From Archaeoglobaceae archaeon (GTDB lineage: Archaea > Halobacteriota > Archaeoglobi > Archaeoglobales > Archaeoglobaceae), in assembly GCA_038893835.1 (NCBI GenBank), contig JAWAQR010000002.1:2632-66631 (forward strand): a stretch of DNA of 64,000 nt. The letters are read 5' to 3'. This document shows, piece after piece, positions 9,823-23,311 of the stretch. Position numbers and translations under genes: made by a program. Position 1 is the first letter of the stretch. Each line of letters opens with the position of its first letter. The notes beneath the pieces were generated by a model. That model was given only the letters and a program-made list of their open reading frames with translations, had not been told where the DNA came from and ran no database searches.

Positions 9823-10092
9823 TCAGCTTACGTAATTCTCTCTTTCATATCCAAGGCTTATATCTTGAAGCATTTTTGATGCCAAACCGAGCAAAACTTT
9901 GTCGTTCCCGATTATTTCTCTTATGAGCATAAGAGATGCGGATTCTTTTAGTTCAATACTTTTCAAGTCTTCGAGTAATCTTAGAAGCTTTATCGCTAAT
10001 TTATAAATTTCCTTAAGCTTTTCACTATCCTCAGCGTCGATCTCTTCTTCCTCTTCGAAAAAATCGAATTCATCAAACTCGAACTCATCCAT
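9823..10092 (-). CDS. small acidic hypothetical protein
   Basis: 89-aa ORF with a poly-acidic N-terminus (DEFEFDEFDFFEEEEEIDAED). No family recognised. Confidence 0.4.
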   Translation of the reverse strand: MDEFEFDEFDFFEEEEEIDAEDSEKLKEIYKLAIKLLRLLEDLKSIELKESASLMLIREIIGNDKVLLGLASKMLQDISLGYERENYVS

Positions 10093-10155
10093 AGATAAGT
10101 GAAGCGATAAAGGAGAATTTAAGTCTTTCCTACAAAAAATTTTAAAATCTGTAGT

Positions 10156-10212
10156 CTTTATATTTGTTAGATTTAAATACTAACTTAATTCAAGCAAAAG
10201 TCTTATAAATCC
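10156..10212 (+). promoter_or_regulatory. candidate rRNA operon promoter(s), TATA-like boxes
   Basis: CTTTATATTT (10156-10165), ATTTAAATAC (10171-10180) and CTTATAAATCC (10202-10212) lie 200-260 nt upstream of the 16S 5' end. The transcription start is not determinable from sequence. Confidence 0.35.
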
Positions 10213-10354
10213 AGAAGAAAAAGAAGATATTGCACAAAAACAAAAACCGCGGATCCAGCAAGGACCCCGACAGAGCATAGCTTTGGATGAGGGGTAGGAT
10301 TCTAGTCCGCGGTAAAGCATAAGGAGGACCGCAAAAAATTTGCGGTCTGATGTG

Positions 10355-10389
10355 GGGCTTACCAGCAGGACAAACTGGTAGGCAGGGGA
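10355..10389 (+). other. 5' arm of the 16S processing stem with a canonical bulge-helix-bulge (BHB) motif
   Basis: GGGGCTTACCAGCA-GGAC-AAA-CTGGTAGGCAGG pairs with 11902-11935 (CCTGCCTACCAG-GTCT-AAA-TGCTGGTAAGTCCC). This gives two long helices flanking a 4-bp helix with a 3-nt AAA bulge on each strand. Confidence 0.8.
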
Positions 10390-10412
10390 CGTATTCACCA
10401 ATTCCCCCGCCA

Positions 10413-11898
<1,486 letters not shown>

Positions 11899-11901
11899 CG
11901 T

Positions 11902-11935
11902 TCCTGCCTACCAGGTCTAAATGCTGGTAAGTCCC
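11902..11935 (+). other. 3' arm of the 16S BHB processing stem
   Basis: Complementary to 10355-10389 (see that feature). Confidence 0.8.
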
Positions 11936-11999
11936 TTTTTCGTGCACCCGGCGATGAAAGTCGTCGGGGAAGGGTTAATGGGCTAAATGCCCAAGTGAG

Positions 12000-12021
12000 A
12001 CCGTGCAGGGGTAGGTGTAAA

Positions 12022-12032
<11 letters not shown>
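12000..12032 (+). other. 5' arm of the 23S processing stem with a canonical BHB motif
   Basis: ACCGTGCAGGGGTAG-GTGT-AAA-CTGGGACTGGC pairs with 14967-14999 (GCCAGTTCCAG-GCAC-AAG-CTACCCCTGCACGGT). This is a 15-bp helix, a 4-bp central helix, 3-nt bulges and an 11-bp helix. Confidence 0.8.
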
Positions 12033-14966
<2,934 letters not shown>

Positions 14967-14977
<11 letters not shown>

Positions 14978-14999
14978 GCACAAGCTACCCCTGCACGGT
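14967..14999 (+). other. 3' arm of the 23S BHB processing stem
   Basis: Complementary to 12000-12032. Confidence 0.8.
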
Positions 15000-15042
15000 T
15001 TTGATGGCAGAATTTTTAAATCCAAGAATATTAGATTAGAGT

Positions 15043-15441
15043 GTGAAGGTAAAAGATGCACCGAAAACAGCTACTTCTATGATCGTACGCTCAACAGCTA
15101 CGGCAAGGGTCTCTCAGTCTAAAAATCCGATGCTCGAACTGATGAGGAGAATATTTAGGAAAGAGGAAGTTGCTTTAAAGGCCGTGAAATTTCTGAACAT
15201 AATTGAAGAGAGGCAAAAAAGTGGAAAGCCTTTAAGGGTTGAAGAATGGGAAAAAGTAGCTCAGGAGTTGAAGATGGTCAGATCTTCCTTTTATTCCATG
15301 AGAAACAAACTTCTGGGCGCAGGTTTAATAGCAATTCGAAATGGAGAATACACTCTTTCTGGAGCCTTTAGCAAAGATCTCGTCGACATGGCAAGATGGT
15401 GGTGGGTTGCAGTTCTAGGATACGATCCGGAAAGTCTTTAA
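15043..15441 (+). CDS. hypothetical protein with a probable winged-helix domain
   Basis: 132-aa ORF from GTG; in-frame ATGs lie at 15079 and further on. The segment [34 protein letters not shown] looks like wHTH. Start uncertain. Confidence 0.5.
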   Translation: MKVKDAPKTATSMIVRSTATARVSQSKNPMLELMRRIFRKEEVALKAVKFLNIIEERQKSGKPLRVEEWEKVAQELKMVRSSFYSMRNKLLGAGLIAIRNGEYTLSGAFSKDLVDMARWWWVAVLGYDPESL

Positions 15442-16310
15442 CTTTTTATCTTTCTAATTCTTCTCTCGATCTCCTCAAGTAAAACTGGATCACAAAGAGC
15501 TAAGTTTTTTGCCTCTTCGAGTTTTCTGATATCTTTCTCTTCTTCGCCCCATTCCATGAGCAATCTTGCCAACCTTTTTTCAATACCCGGTTGATCGCTT
15601 ATCGATTTATAAATCTCATACGCTTTTGGATAATTTCCTAGATTTTCGAAGATTTCTGCCATTACGAGTTTGGCTGATGGAACTTCATGAATTTTTAACG
15701 CCTCCTCTATTTTTTTTAATGCTAGTTCTGGATCGCTAGCAGCCAATTTTTTACCCCATTCAACGAGAATGTAAGACTTTGTCATTTTAACCTCCTCAGA
15801 AAAAGGTAGGAGATTGAGTATCCTTATAGCTCTAGAATGATCTCCAACATCGGAAACCTCCATTGCATGAAAGATCAACTTCTTGACATAATTTTTAAAT
15901 CCTAAATTATAAAATAAATTCACTAATTTTGCAGCACTCTCATATTTTTTTATTGCAATTCTTTCATCTATTGCCTTCTTTACAATTTTAAAAACGTCAT
16001 AGGGTATTTTTCTATCCCTGAACTCTCCAAGAAATGCCAAGCTGCGGAGAAATATTCTCATACACATATCCTCCTCTTCCCCCTCAAGGTATCTGCTTAT
16101 GCTTTCCGATAGCTTTGCAGCGATTGCAACAGCATGAGGGTTATCTTTTATGAGTATCAAATATTTTTCAGCATTTTCCGGATCCTCAAACAATTTTTTT
16201 ATGACTTCGAAGGCTGTCTGGTCTTTTATTACGATTTCCATAATTTTTCGATCCTCCTCATTTAGAAATTTCTCAAAAATTTCCACTTCTTTGTCCATAG
16301 ATGTAGGCAT
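15438..16310 (-). CDS. hypothetical all-helical (TPR-like repeat) protein
   Basis: 290-aa ORF with repetitive helical-hairpin-like composition (e.g. [20 protein letters not shown]). No catalytic motif. Confidence 0.55.
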   Translation of the reverse strand: MPTSMDKEVEIFEKFLNEEDRKIMEIVIKDQTAFEVIKKLFEDPENAEKYLILIKDNPHAVAIAAKLSESISRYLEGEEEDMCMRIFLRSLAFLGEFRDRKIPYDVFKIVKKAIDERIAIKKYESAAKLVNLFYNLGFKNYVKKLIFHAMEVSDVGDHSRAIRILNLLPFSEEVKMTKSYILVEWGKKLAASDPELALKKIEEALKIHEVPSAKLVMAEIFENLGNYPKAYEIYKSISDQPGIEKRLARLLMEWGEEEKDIRKLEEAKNLALCDPVLLEEIERRIRKIKS

Positions 16311-16395
16311 ATATAAAATTTAAAAAAGTTTTTGTTATGGAAGAATGAAGTCTAGAGGGCAAACTATTTTCATCCTTATTGCCCCTCTTCAAACC

Positions 16396-16620
16396 TTAGA
16401 ATGCATATTCCACAGCCAAAACGTTTTTCGGATATAACTCTCGCTTTGAACTTCTACTGCCTGGAGGTCTGTAGAACTTTATTGCATCGAAGTGATCTCC
16501 ATCTAAACAAGTCTGACAACTCTTACACTTTTCAGCATCTATCACAGCTTGCCAGTATTTGCCCAACTTTGGATCTTTTACTCTATTTTTATTTTCAAGA
16601 CTCAAATTTGGAAAATCCAA
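16396..16620 (-). CDS. small hypothetical protein with a partial CxxCxxC motif
   Basis: 74-aa ORF containing EKCKSCQTCLDG, which resembles half of a ferredoxin cluster motif but lacks the fourth Cys-Pro. It may be a relic or a real small protein. Confidence 0.3.
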   Translation of the reverse strand: MDFPNLSLENKNRVKDPKLGKYWQAVIDAEKCKSCQTCLDGDHFDAIKFYRPPGSRSSKRELYPKNVLAVEYAF

Positions 16621-16729
16621 GTTTTTTCATTAGAATCTCATAACTCATGAAAGTTTAATTTAAATTTCTATAAAGATTTTGCAGAGTTTAAAATCACAAA
16701 GTTTTTAATCTTTTTTCAGACTTTCTCTT

Positions 16730-17623
16730 ATGAAGGTAAATGGTGTAGAAGTTGAGGAAACTTTTGCGGAGGCATTTGACATAAAGATAGCGAGAGTTTT
16801 GATAACAGCATACGACTATTATTGGGCCTGGGTGTCCGCAAACGAAGCGACGGGTTTCGGGACTTCTGTGATCATGTGCCCGGCAGAAGCGGGGATAGAG
16901 AAGAAAGCTTCACCAAGCGAAACCCCTGATGGAAGGCCGGGATATTATATACAGATCTGTCATATGAGTAAGAAAGGATTAGAGGAGCAGTTGCTCGCGA
17001 GAATTGGTCAGTGTGTGCTAACAGCTCCAACAACTGCTGCTTTCAATGGGCTACCTGATGCGCAAGACAAGTTTGATACTGGCTATAAGCTAAAATTCTT
17101 TGGAGATGGTTACGAAAGAGAGGTGGAAGTTGCTGGGAGAAAATGCTATGCTATTCCAATGATGCAGGGAGAGTTTATAGTTGAGAGTCACTTTGGCTAT
17201 GTTAGCGGAATTGCGGGTGGAAACTTCTTCATAATGGGTGAAAACCAGCCATCTGCCTTAGCAGCGGCGAAGGCTGCGGTTGATGCAATTGCTGAAGTTG
17301 AGGGAGTAATAACTCCATTCCCGGGCGGAGTTGTGGCATCGGGTTCAAAGGTTGGGGCGAACAAGTACAAGTTCTTAAAAGCTTCGACCAACGAAAAATT
17401 CGCACCTACACTCAGAGATAAGGTTGAAGGGTCTCAAATTCCGCCAGGAGTTAATGCGGTGTATGAAATAGTGATCAATGGTCTGAACATAGATGTTGTA
17501 AAGAAAGCGATGAAGGTTGGAATTCTGGCAGCTACAAAGATTCCTGGAGTTGTTAAGATTACAGCTGGAAATTATGGAGGAAAGCTCGGAAAGCATATGA
17601 TTTATCTGAAAGATTTATTCTAA
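16730..17623 (+). CDS. ftr: formylmethanofuran--tetrahydromethanopterin N-formyltransferase
   Basis: 297 aa. The N-terminus MKVNGVEVEETFAEAFDIKIARVLITA and the overall pattern match Ftr. Confidence 0.93.
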   Translation: MKVNGVEVEETFAEAFDIKIARVLITAYDYYWAWVSANEATGFGTSVIMCPAEAGIEKKASPSETPDGRPGYYIQICHMSKKGLEEQLLARIGQCVLTAPTTAAFNGLPDAQDKFDTGYKLKFFGDGYEREVEVAGRKCYAIPMMQGEFIVESHFGYVSGIAGGNFFIMGENQPSALAAAKAAVDAIAEVEGVITPFPGGVVASGSKVGANKYKFLKASTNEKFAPTLRDKVEGSQIPPGVNAVYEIVINGLNIDVVKKAMKVGILAATKIPGVVKITAGNYGGKLGKHMIYLKDLF

Positions 17624-17629
17624 ATTTTT

Positions 17630-18352
17630 ATGAAATTTATTTTAACAATTTCTGCTCTCGACCCAAGTGGTGGTGCAGGAGTTAGTGCAGATATAAAGGT
17701 TGCAAGACTCCTAAACTTTCATCCCTGTTCAGTTTTAACTGCTCTAACAGTTCAAAATAGTTCAAAACTATTTTCCATCTATCCAGTAAATCCCGATATT
17801 TTGAAAGAACAGATTGAGACACTCGTTTTGGAGTTCAGGTTTTCAGCGGTTAAGATTGGAGTTGTACCTGATATTAGAATTGCAAAAACGATATCGAGTT
17901 TTCTTAAGGAATTTGAGTGTCCAAAGGTTTTGGATCCAGTAATGGAGGCAGGAGTTGGTGGAAAGCTTGGGGATAAAGAAGCTTATGAGCATCTCATGAG
18001 ATTCGTAAACGTTGTAACACCAAATTTTAGTGAAGCCAAACTTTTTGGAAACTCTAATGATCCGGAAAATCTGGCTAGGGAAATAGCTGAGAGATATGGT
18101 TGCAACGTTGTAATAACAGGGGGAGAACTTGGGGGTAAAGATTATGTTTACGAAAATGGAAAAATCTATACCGTTGAAGCCGATTTGATTCCAGGGAACT
18201 TTCATGGAACTGGTTGTGTTTACAGCACAGCTCTATCTTGCTATCTAACAAAAGATTCGCTTGAAGATTCAGCCAGAAAGGCTAGAATTTTTGTGCTTGA
18301 AAGCGTTAAAAAGGGTTTTAAAGTTCTCAAGCGCATTTTTGTAAATCCTTAG
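17630..18352 (+). CDS. thiD: hydroxymethylpyrimidine/phosphomethylpyrimidine kinase
   Basis: 240 aa with ISALDPSGGAGVSADIKV and a C-terminal GTGCVYSTAL ribokinase-family anion-hole motif. Confidence 0.85.
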   Translation: MKFILTISALDPSGGAGVSADIKVARLLNFHPCSVLTALTVQNSSKLFSIYPVNPDILKEQIETLVLEFRFSAVKIGVVPDIRIAKTISSFLKEFECPKVLDPVMEAGVGGKLGDKEAYEHLMRFVNVVTPNFSEAKLFGNSNDPENLAREIAERYGCNVVITGGELGGKDYVYENGKIYTVEADLIPGNFHGTGCVYSTALSCYLTKDSLEDSARKARIFVLESVKKGFKVLKRIFVNP

Positions 18353-18541
18353 TAAAAATTATTTTAATTAATCAAAATTATTAAAGTTATTGCAATTGAA
18401 CTTTTGTAATTTATAACCTTAAATTTAATTACTAATCAATATTACTGCGAAACAAATAAATTTAAGTCATATTCAAAATTATAGATAGAGATAGCAAATT
18501 TAATAAATAGATTTATAAATGGTTTGAGAAAAGCAAAAAAC

Positions 18542-20605
18542 ATGGTGAAAGAAGTAAGGGATCCTATTGAAATGATGAGAGAAGAATTCCAGAATTACGT
18601 AATACCAAAGGGTTGGGAGACTAAGATGGAATCGTTAGACGACTGGAAACAATTCTACGAATCGACGATAAAAGATAGGAAGGCTGTGGAACAGTGGTGG
18701 GAATACTGGGCAAATCAGATCCATTGGTTCAAGAAGTGGGAGAAGGTACTGGATGACAGCAATCCTCCATTCTATAAATGGTTCGTAGGTGGCGAGACAA
18801 ATTTGGCATACCTTTGTACAGATTGGCAGATTCAGAAGGGTAGAAAGAACAAGGTGGCATTAATTTGGGAAGGAGAGCCAGTTGATGAGAGAGGAGAGCC
18901 AAAAGAAGTCAGAAAGCTTACATACTACGATATGTGGAGAGAATCAAACAGAATCGCTTATGCTTTGAAAGAGAAACTTAATGTTAAAAAAGGAGAAATA
19001 TTGACTCTCTATCTACCAATGATCCCAGAGCTGCCACTTTTCATGCTAGCAGTTCAGAGAATTGGTGCCGCACACAGCATCGTTTTCAGCGGTTTCAGTG
19101 CAGAGGCTTTGGCTGTCAGAGCAATCGATGCTGGTGCTAGGATAATTGTCACTGCCGATGGTCTTTGGAGAAGAGGGAAACAGTTGAACTTGAAGACAAT
19201 CGTTGATGAGGCTATAAAGATATGCGAAAAGGAAGGGCATAAGATAGAGAAGGTAATAGTGGTAAAAAGACTTGGAATAGAAATTCCATGGGTAGAAGGG
19301 AGAGACATTTGGTTCCACGATCTGCTTTCAGATGTGCCCAAGAACGTCTTCGTTGAATGTGAGCCTAAGGGAAGCGATGATTATAGCTACATACTTTACA
19401 CATCTGGAACAACTGGAAAACCAAAAGGAGCGCAGCACAGCGTTGGTGGATATGCGGTTTATCTCTACGCTACGACCAAGTTGATATTCGACATACGTGA
19501 AGATGACATCTACTGGTGCACGGCCGACATTGGCTGGGTTACTGGACATAGCTATATAGTTTATGGCCCAATGATGCACGGAGCGACAATAGTAATGTAT
19601 GAGGGAGCTCCAGACTATCCAGATCCCAGCAGATGGGCTGCGATGATTGAAAGATATGGTGTCACGATATTCTATACAACTCCAACTGCAATAAGAATGC
19701 TCATGAAATTCCCAGAGGAAATATATCTTAAGCATGACACTTCAACGCTACGCATAGCACATAGCGTTGGAGAGCCAATAAATCCGGAGGCGTGGAGATG
19801 GTATTTCAGAGTCTTTGGAAGAGAAAAGACTTGCAGTTCGAGCACTTGGTGGATGACAGAGACCGGTGGAATGCTTAGTGGTCATTATCCAGGTAGAGGA
19901 AAGATATTGCCGCTGAAACCAGGGACTAATGGTCCAATATTCCCAGGCATAACCTGTGCAGTGGTGGATGATGATGGAAATCCAGTACCACCTGGGCAGA
20001 GAGGGTACTTTGTGATAACTTCTCCATGGCCAGGAATGTTGATGACCCTTTGGAAAGATCCGAACAGATATATTGATGTCTATTATGGAAAATACAAGCA
20101 CAAGGGTTGGTGGTTCTATACAGGCGACTTTGCAATGCTTGACCAAGATGGCTGGATTTGGGTAATTGGAAGAGCTGATGATATTATAAAGGTTGCAGGA
20201 CACAGAATAGGGACAGCAGAAGTTGAATCGGCGATGATAAAGCATCCAGCTGTTGCAGAATCTGCCTGTGTTGGAAAGAGTGATCCGATAAAGGGAGAGA
20301 TTCCACTGATATATGTAACGCTGAAGAAGGGATACACGCCTTCAGAAGAGCTGAGGGAGGAGTTGAAGAAACATCTGAGAGCAACCATTGGTCCTGTAGT
20401 GGCAAGTGATGCTGTGATAACCTTTGTAGAATTGTTGCCAAAGACGAGAAGTGGAAAGATAATGCGCAGATTGCTGAGAGCGGTTGCAGAAGGAAAGCCA
20501 CTCGGAGATGTCACAACGCTTGAGAGCGAAGTTGCAGTTGAAGAGGCTAAGAAGGCGTACGAAATGGTAAAAGCCGCTCTTGAAGCAGGTTCATCTTCAA
20601 AGTAA
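18542..20605 (+). CDS. acs: acetyl-CoA synthetase (AMP-forming)
   Basis: Motifs: YTSGTTGKPKGAQH, WWMTETGG, YYTGDFAMLDQDGWIWVIGRADDIIKVAGHRIGTAEVESA, PKTRSGKIMRR. The ORF track opens at TTG 18524. I prefer ATG 18542 because the TATA-like ATTTATAAAT at 18511-18520 is about 25 nt upstream, which suggests a leaderless mRNA. Confidence 0.93.
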   Translation: MVKEVRDPIEMMREEFQNYVIPKGWETKMESLDDWKQFYESTIKDRKAVEQWWEYWANQIHWFKKWEKVLDDSNPPFYKWFVGGETNLAYLCTDWQIQKGRKNKVALIWEGEPVDERGEPKEVRKLTYYDMWRESNRIAYALKEKLNVKKGEILTLYLPMIPELPLFMLAVQRIGAAHSIVFSGFSAEALAVRAIDAGARIIVTADGLWRRGKQLNLKTIVDEAIKICEKEGHKIEKVIVVKRLGIEIPWVEGRDIWFHDLLSDVPKNVFVECEPKGSDDYSYILYTSGTTGKPKGAQHSVGGYAVYLYATTKLIFDIREDDIYWCTADIGWVTGHSYIVYGPMMHGATIVMYEGAPDYPDPSRWAAMIERYGVTIFYTTPTAIRMLMKFPEEIYLKHDTSTLRIAHSVGEPINPEAWRWYFRVFGREKTCSSSTWWMTETGGMLSGHYPGRGKILPLKPGTNGPIFPGITCAVVDDDGNPVPPGQRGYFVITSPWPGMLMTLWKDPNRYIDVYYGKYKHKGWWFYTGDFAMLDQDGWIWVIGRADDIIKVAGHRIGTAEVESAMIKHPAVAESACVGKSDPIKGEIPLIYVTLKKGYTPSEELREELKKHLRATIGPVVASDAVITFVELLPKTRSGKIMRRLLRAVAEGKPLGDVTTLESEVAVEEAKKAYEMVKAALEAGSSSK

Positions 20606-20646
20606 ATAATTATTTTTTTAAATATAAAATTAAAAATGGTGATAAT

Positions 20647-21885
20647 ATGAATCGTTGGCTCTTTATATTAGCAGGATTAATAATTAATATTTGTCTTGGA
20701 GCTATTTATGCTTATAGCGTACTTCAAGTTCCAATAAAAAAGCTTTTTGAAGCACCTCCTCCACAAGGATTTGGGCTCAAGGTTACCGCAACTGAAATGC
20801 AACTTCCATTTATAACTTTTCTCGCTTTGTTCGCTTTTACAATGCCATTGGTCGGAAAATTCATCGAAAAATATGGTCCTAGAAAGGTTGCAATAGTTGG
20901 TGGAATAGTAGTAGGATTGGGATGGTTCCTTGCATCATTTGCAACTTCTCCACTTTCACTAGTCTTTTTATACGGCGTAATAGGAGGTCTTGGTGTAGGG
21001 ATAGCTTATAACTGTCCAATAGTAACCTCTGGAAGATGGTTTCCGGATAGGAGAGGTTTAGCCCTGGGCTTAACGATTTTGGGTTTCGGAATTTCTCCTT
21101 TGATTACTGCACCGCTTATAGATTACTTCACAGCAATTTATGGAATTCAAAATGCCCTTAAGATTCTTGGAGTAATCTTTACGGTACTAATATTGATTTT
21201 TGCATCAATTCTCCGCTTCCCACCTGCCGATTGGAAGCCAGAAGGTTGGACCCCTCCAGCAGGCACTGCTCCCACTTCCGGTCTATTAAGACATGAGATG
21301 GTTAGAACTAGGGCTTTCTATGGTCTATGGCTTTGCTACACCATTGGAACACTTGCTGGATTGCTAGCGATAGGTGTTGCAAAACCTGTGGGTCTTGAAG
21401 TAGCTAAAAACATAGGAATTTCTGAAGCAGAGATTTCAGCCTTTCTAACAGGTTTAGTAGGTGTATTCGCATGCTGCAATGGTTTTGGAAGACCTCTATT
21501 CGGATGGATAACGGATAAAATAAAGCCTGTGAAAGCTGCAATTCTTTCTTACATTCTCATAATCATAGCATCGATGGCGATCTACAACAATCAAACATCG
21601 CTCGCAGTCTATGCTATTAGCTTTGCAATCCTTTGGCTAAATCTTGGAGGCTGGCTGGCGATAGCTCCAGCTGCAACGGCAAGCTTGTTTGGAATGAAGG
21701 ACTATGCCAGAAACTATGGACTGGTATTCACAGCTTATGGGGCTGGGGCTATAATAGGGAACATCTTGGTGGGGCAGGCTAAAGACATCTTCGGCGCTTA
21801 TATTGCGGTTTTTCCAATTGTTGCCAGTCTTGCAGCTCTTGGAATTCTTTTGGCAATAACACTTATGAGACCAAAGAAAAGCTAG
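20647..21885 (+). CDS. MFS transporter, oxalate/formate-antiporter-like family
   Basis: 412 aa with about 12 predicted TM helices and a typical OFA/MFS loop (GRWFPDRRGLALGL). It lies 41 nt downstream of acs. Confidence 0.8.
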   Translation: MNRWLFILAGLIINICLGAIYAYSVLQVPIKKLFEAPPPQGFGLKVTATEMQLPFITFLALFAFTMPLVGKFIEKYGPRKVAIVGGIVVGLGWFLASFATSPLSLVFLYGVIGGLGVGIAYNCPIVTSGRWFPDRRGLALGLTILGFGISPLITAPLIDYFTAIYGIQNALKILGVIFTVLILIFASILRFPPADWKPEGWTPPAGTAPTSGLLRHEMVRTRAFYGLWLCYTIGTLAGLLAIGVAKPVGLEVAKNIGISEAEISAFLTGLVGVFACCNGFGRPLFGWITDKIKPVKAAILSYILIIIASMAIYNNQTSLAVYAISFAILWLNLGGWLAIAPAATASLFGMKDYARNYGLVFTAYGAGAIIGNILVGQAKDIFGAYIAVFPIVASLAALGILLAITLMRPKKS

Positions 21886-22160
21886 TCTTCTAAATCCCAT
21901 TTTTTGCTTGGATCATCTTTTATATATTTTTCAATTAGTTTTTTTTCGATGTCCACGTCGAAATAATTTGCAAGACTTATGACCATGAAGAAGACATCTG
22001 TCAACTCCTCTTCTATTCCTTTTAAGTCCCTTTTTCTAATACTTTCTGCAAGCTCTCCAACCTCCTCAAAGAGTACTGAAAGTAAAAAAAGGGGACTGCT
22101 CTTTACATCGATTGAATAGTATTTTTCTCTTATTATCTTTTTGATTTCTTTAAATTCCAT
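21882..22160 (-). CDS. MazG-like nucleotide pyrophosphohydrolase domain protein
   Basis: 92 aa with an EEVGELAE...EELTDVFFMVISLANYFDVD (EExxE...ExxD) four-helix MazG signature. Confidence 0.7.
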   Translation of the reverse strand: MEFKEIKKIIREKYYSIDVKSSPLFLLSVLFEEVGELAESIRKRDLKGIEEELTDVFFMVISLANYFDVDIEKKLIEKYIKDDPSKKWDLED

Positions 22161-22165
22161 AAATT

Positions 22166-23302
22166 CTATTTCACTTCCCTCCCGACGCTCTTAGCCCAGA
22201 CGTATGATAGACTTCTGTAGATTAAGTGTGCGAACTTTGTATAAGGTGCAAAGGCTATTAGTGTGAAGACGAGGATCAAATGGACCATGTAAGCATAGTA
22301 GGCGAGATGACTTTCGGAATATCTGAAAAATTCGATTAAGACGCCGCTTACACCAACAGCGAGTATGGTTGCTAAGAAAAGGAAATCGAAGTAAGTTCCA
22401 TAACCTATCCTTTCATCCTTAAATCTTGCGACGATTGCCCATGTTGTGCCGATAAGGAGTAAGAGAGCTCCAAAGTTTCCGATGATTTTTACTGGATCCG
22501 TAATCGCTAGGGCTAGCTCATGATGGCCTAGAACATAAAGATAAATTATATCGCCGATGGTTGCAATTCCAAGTACAATGAATCCCCAGAAGATCAACAA
22601 ATGGGCGTAGAATCTATACTTTGCCTTGTTGCATTGTCTGAACTTCGAATGCTTTAAAATATCCACTATTGACCAGAAGAGATATTCTATGAATCTGGCA
22701 GAGGCTTTTGTGATCTTTATCTCTCCTTTTTCTCCGATTTCATACTCGTAAACCTTGGAAACTTTTGAATTTATCGCTACCCAGAAGCGGTATGCGCTGA
22801 TCGCAGCAACCAATAAAACCCAAGCTCCAACTGCAAAGCCAGCTAGTTCAACGTGTGTGTGCGGAATAAATTTGCTTAGCACTATTTCCCCTTCAGGAAT
22901 TTGTGGATTGAAGATTGCCATGTAAAGCGCTAGGAAGAAAATGGGGATTGCGAAATACAGCAGTATGCCTGCAGGTCTTCTGAAAATTTTTGAAAGGAAG
23001 GATGGGAAAGTGTAATGCTCAACAACCTTCGCCCTTATCGCTGCAAGCACTTCGCCAGGTTTTGCCCCTCTCGGGCAATAATCGCTACAATCGTTGCATT
23101 GATGGCAGAGCCAAACATCAGCATCGCTTAGCAACCTTTCTTTTGCTCCCCATTGAGCCCAAATCATTTCCTTTCTTGGGAATGGATTTTCATCAGGACT
23201 TTGAGGGCAAACAACGCTACATGTAGCGCATTGATAGCACTTCTTTAAGCTTTTTCCACCAGCCTGAATTATTTCTTGTGCAAACTTCGCATCTACAATC
23301 AT
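22166..23302 (-). CDS. qmoC: quinone-interacting membrane-bound oxidoreductase subunit C (HdrC-like FeS domain fused to an HdrE/NarI-like heme-b membrane domain)
   Basis: 378 aa. N-terminal CYQCATCSVVCP and CHQCNDCSDYCP cluster motifs are followed by about 6 TM helices. It lies directly downstream of two HdrA-like flavoproteins. Confidence 0.85.
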   Translation of the reverse strand: MIVDAKFAQEIIQAGGKSLKKCYQCATCSVVCPQSPDENPFPRKEMIWAQWGAKERLLSDADVWLCHQCNDCSDYCPRGAKPGEVLAAIRAKVVEHYTFPSFLSKIFRRPAGILLYFAIPIFFLALYMAIFNPQIPEGEIVLSKFIPHTHVELAGFAVGAWVLLVAAISAYRFWVAINSKVSKVYEYEIGEKGEIKITKASARFIEYLFWSIVDILKHSKFRQCNKAKYRFYAHLLIFWGFIVLGIATIGDIIYLYVLGHHELALAITDPVKIIGNFGALLLLIGTTWAIVARFKDERIGYGTYFDFLFLATILAVGVSGVLIEFFRYSESHLAYYAYMVHLILVFTLIAFAPYTKFAHLIYRSLSYVWAKSVGREVK

Positions 23303-23311
23303 GCGATCACC

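Noticed and set aside
11899-12021. Looked for a spacer tRNA (tRNA-Ala) between 16S and 23S
   Set aside because: The spacer is only about 120 nt and is fully accounted for by the two processing-stem arms plus a short linker. No cloverleaf can be folded.
16341-16390. Imperfect hairpin AGAGGGCAA-N17-TTGCCCCTCT between two minus-strand genes
   Set aside because: It may act as a transcript-end structure, but archaeal termination relies mainly on oligo-T, and the stem has a bulge. It is not distinctive enough to call.
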